A stretch of DNA of 64,000 nucleotides, taken from positions 49,679 through 113,678 of the IMG/VR virus record IMGVR_UViG_3300027782_000046. One strand, written 5' to 3'. Source of the stretch: a virus. Taxonomy: Duplodnaviria; Caudoviricetes. A program made the position numbers and the translations under genes. The notes below the pieces were generated by a model. It did not search any database, was not told the origin of the DNA, and saw nothing but the letters and a program-made list of their open reading frames with translations. Shown piece after piece: positions 63,578-64,000 of this stretch (the first letter of the stretch is position 1; every line of letters begins with the position of its first letter).

Positions 63578-63796
63578 ATGACTACGAAATACACTAAAGA
63601 AGAAATCAACGAAGTCCTCAACGAGTTCGGCGAAGTAACCTACGAACACTGGGGCTCTTATGCCTACTCAGCGGGTGCTCTACAGATGCAGCTCTCTACT
63701 CTACTCGCGGACATGCCTAGGTACAAGCAAGCAGAGGTGTTAAGTAATTTGAAGGCATTGACAGAGAAATATAGTAAACAAAAGGAGACTGTATGA
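63578..63796 (+). CDS. Hypothetical protein
   Basis: Start moved to MTTKY. Confidence 0.55.
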   Translation: MTTKYTKEEINEVLNEFGEVTYEHWGSYAYSAGALQMQLSTLLADMPRYKQAEVLSNLKALTEKYSKQKETV

Positions 63797-63999
63797 GCAA
63801 AATGAAGGATCTATTCATCGAAATCGAAGTTTTGTATGACGCATGCGTCATATTATATGACGCAGGTATCTCTGAGACAGAGATCGCTAGACGCTTGAAT
63901 ATTCCCCTAGGGGCAGTTCGGGCGGTGACAGATGCCGTGGACGAGATGGCTTACCATGTAGATATGCGTGAAGGGTACGACCGCGAGGTTATGGTATAG
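63793..63999 (+). CDS. Small helix-turn-helix protein
   Basis: AGGAG RBS; GISETEIARRLNIPLGAV. Confidence 0.6.
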   Translation: MSKMKDLFIEIEVLYDACVILYDAGISETEIARRLNIPLGAVRAVTDAVDEMAYHVDMREGYDREVMV

Positions 64000-64000
64000 T

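Noticed and set aside
48042-64000. tRNA or other known structured RNA genes in intergenic gaps
   Set aside because: No cloverleaf or T-loop GTTCRA context was recognised by eye. A tRNAscan/Infernal run is needed to exclude them formally.

Overview
This window is a segment of a large T4-like (myovirus-type) dsDNA phage. The host is probably Gram-negative, inferred from a spanin pair and sigma70-type early promoters. There are three zones. (1) 1-35.8 kb, late/virion zone: two giant Asn/Gly/Thr-rich repetitive fibre genes bracket a ~19.6 kb tandem array. The array holds 14 intact genes and 1 collapsed gene for paralogous glycine-rich proteins, plus two triple-LamG proteins and adaptor/chaperone genes. 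Most array members share a ~16-aa N-terminal tag, and several share identical DNA across gene junctions. (2) 35.8-48 kb: primase, ThyX, NrdA/thioredoxin/NrdB, dCMP deaminase, spanins, a cytidylyltransferase and a GIY-YIG protein. (3) 48-64 kb, early zone: many small ORFs driven by about 12 copies of a sigma70-like promoter, 10 of them preceded by an ACCC-N11-13-GGGT-type inverted repeat. This zone also has a dispersed FAELIVREC mini-protein family, a stand-alone GluTR-dimerisation-like domain and tandem DnaA boxes. The best candidate for a new system is the tagged, recombining repertoire of glycine-rich and lectin display proteins. All product calls come from motif recognition by eye; no database searches were run.
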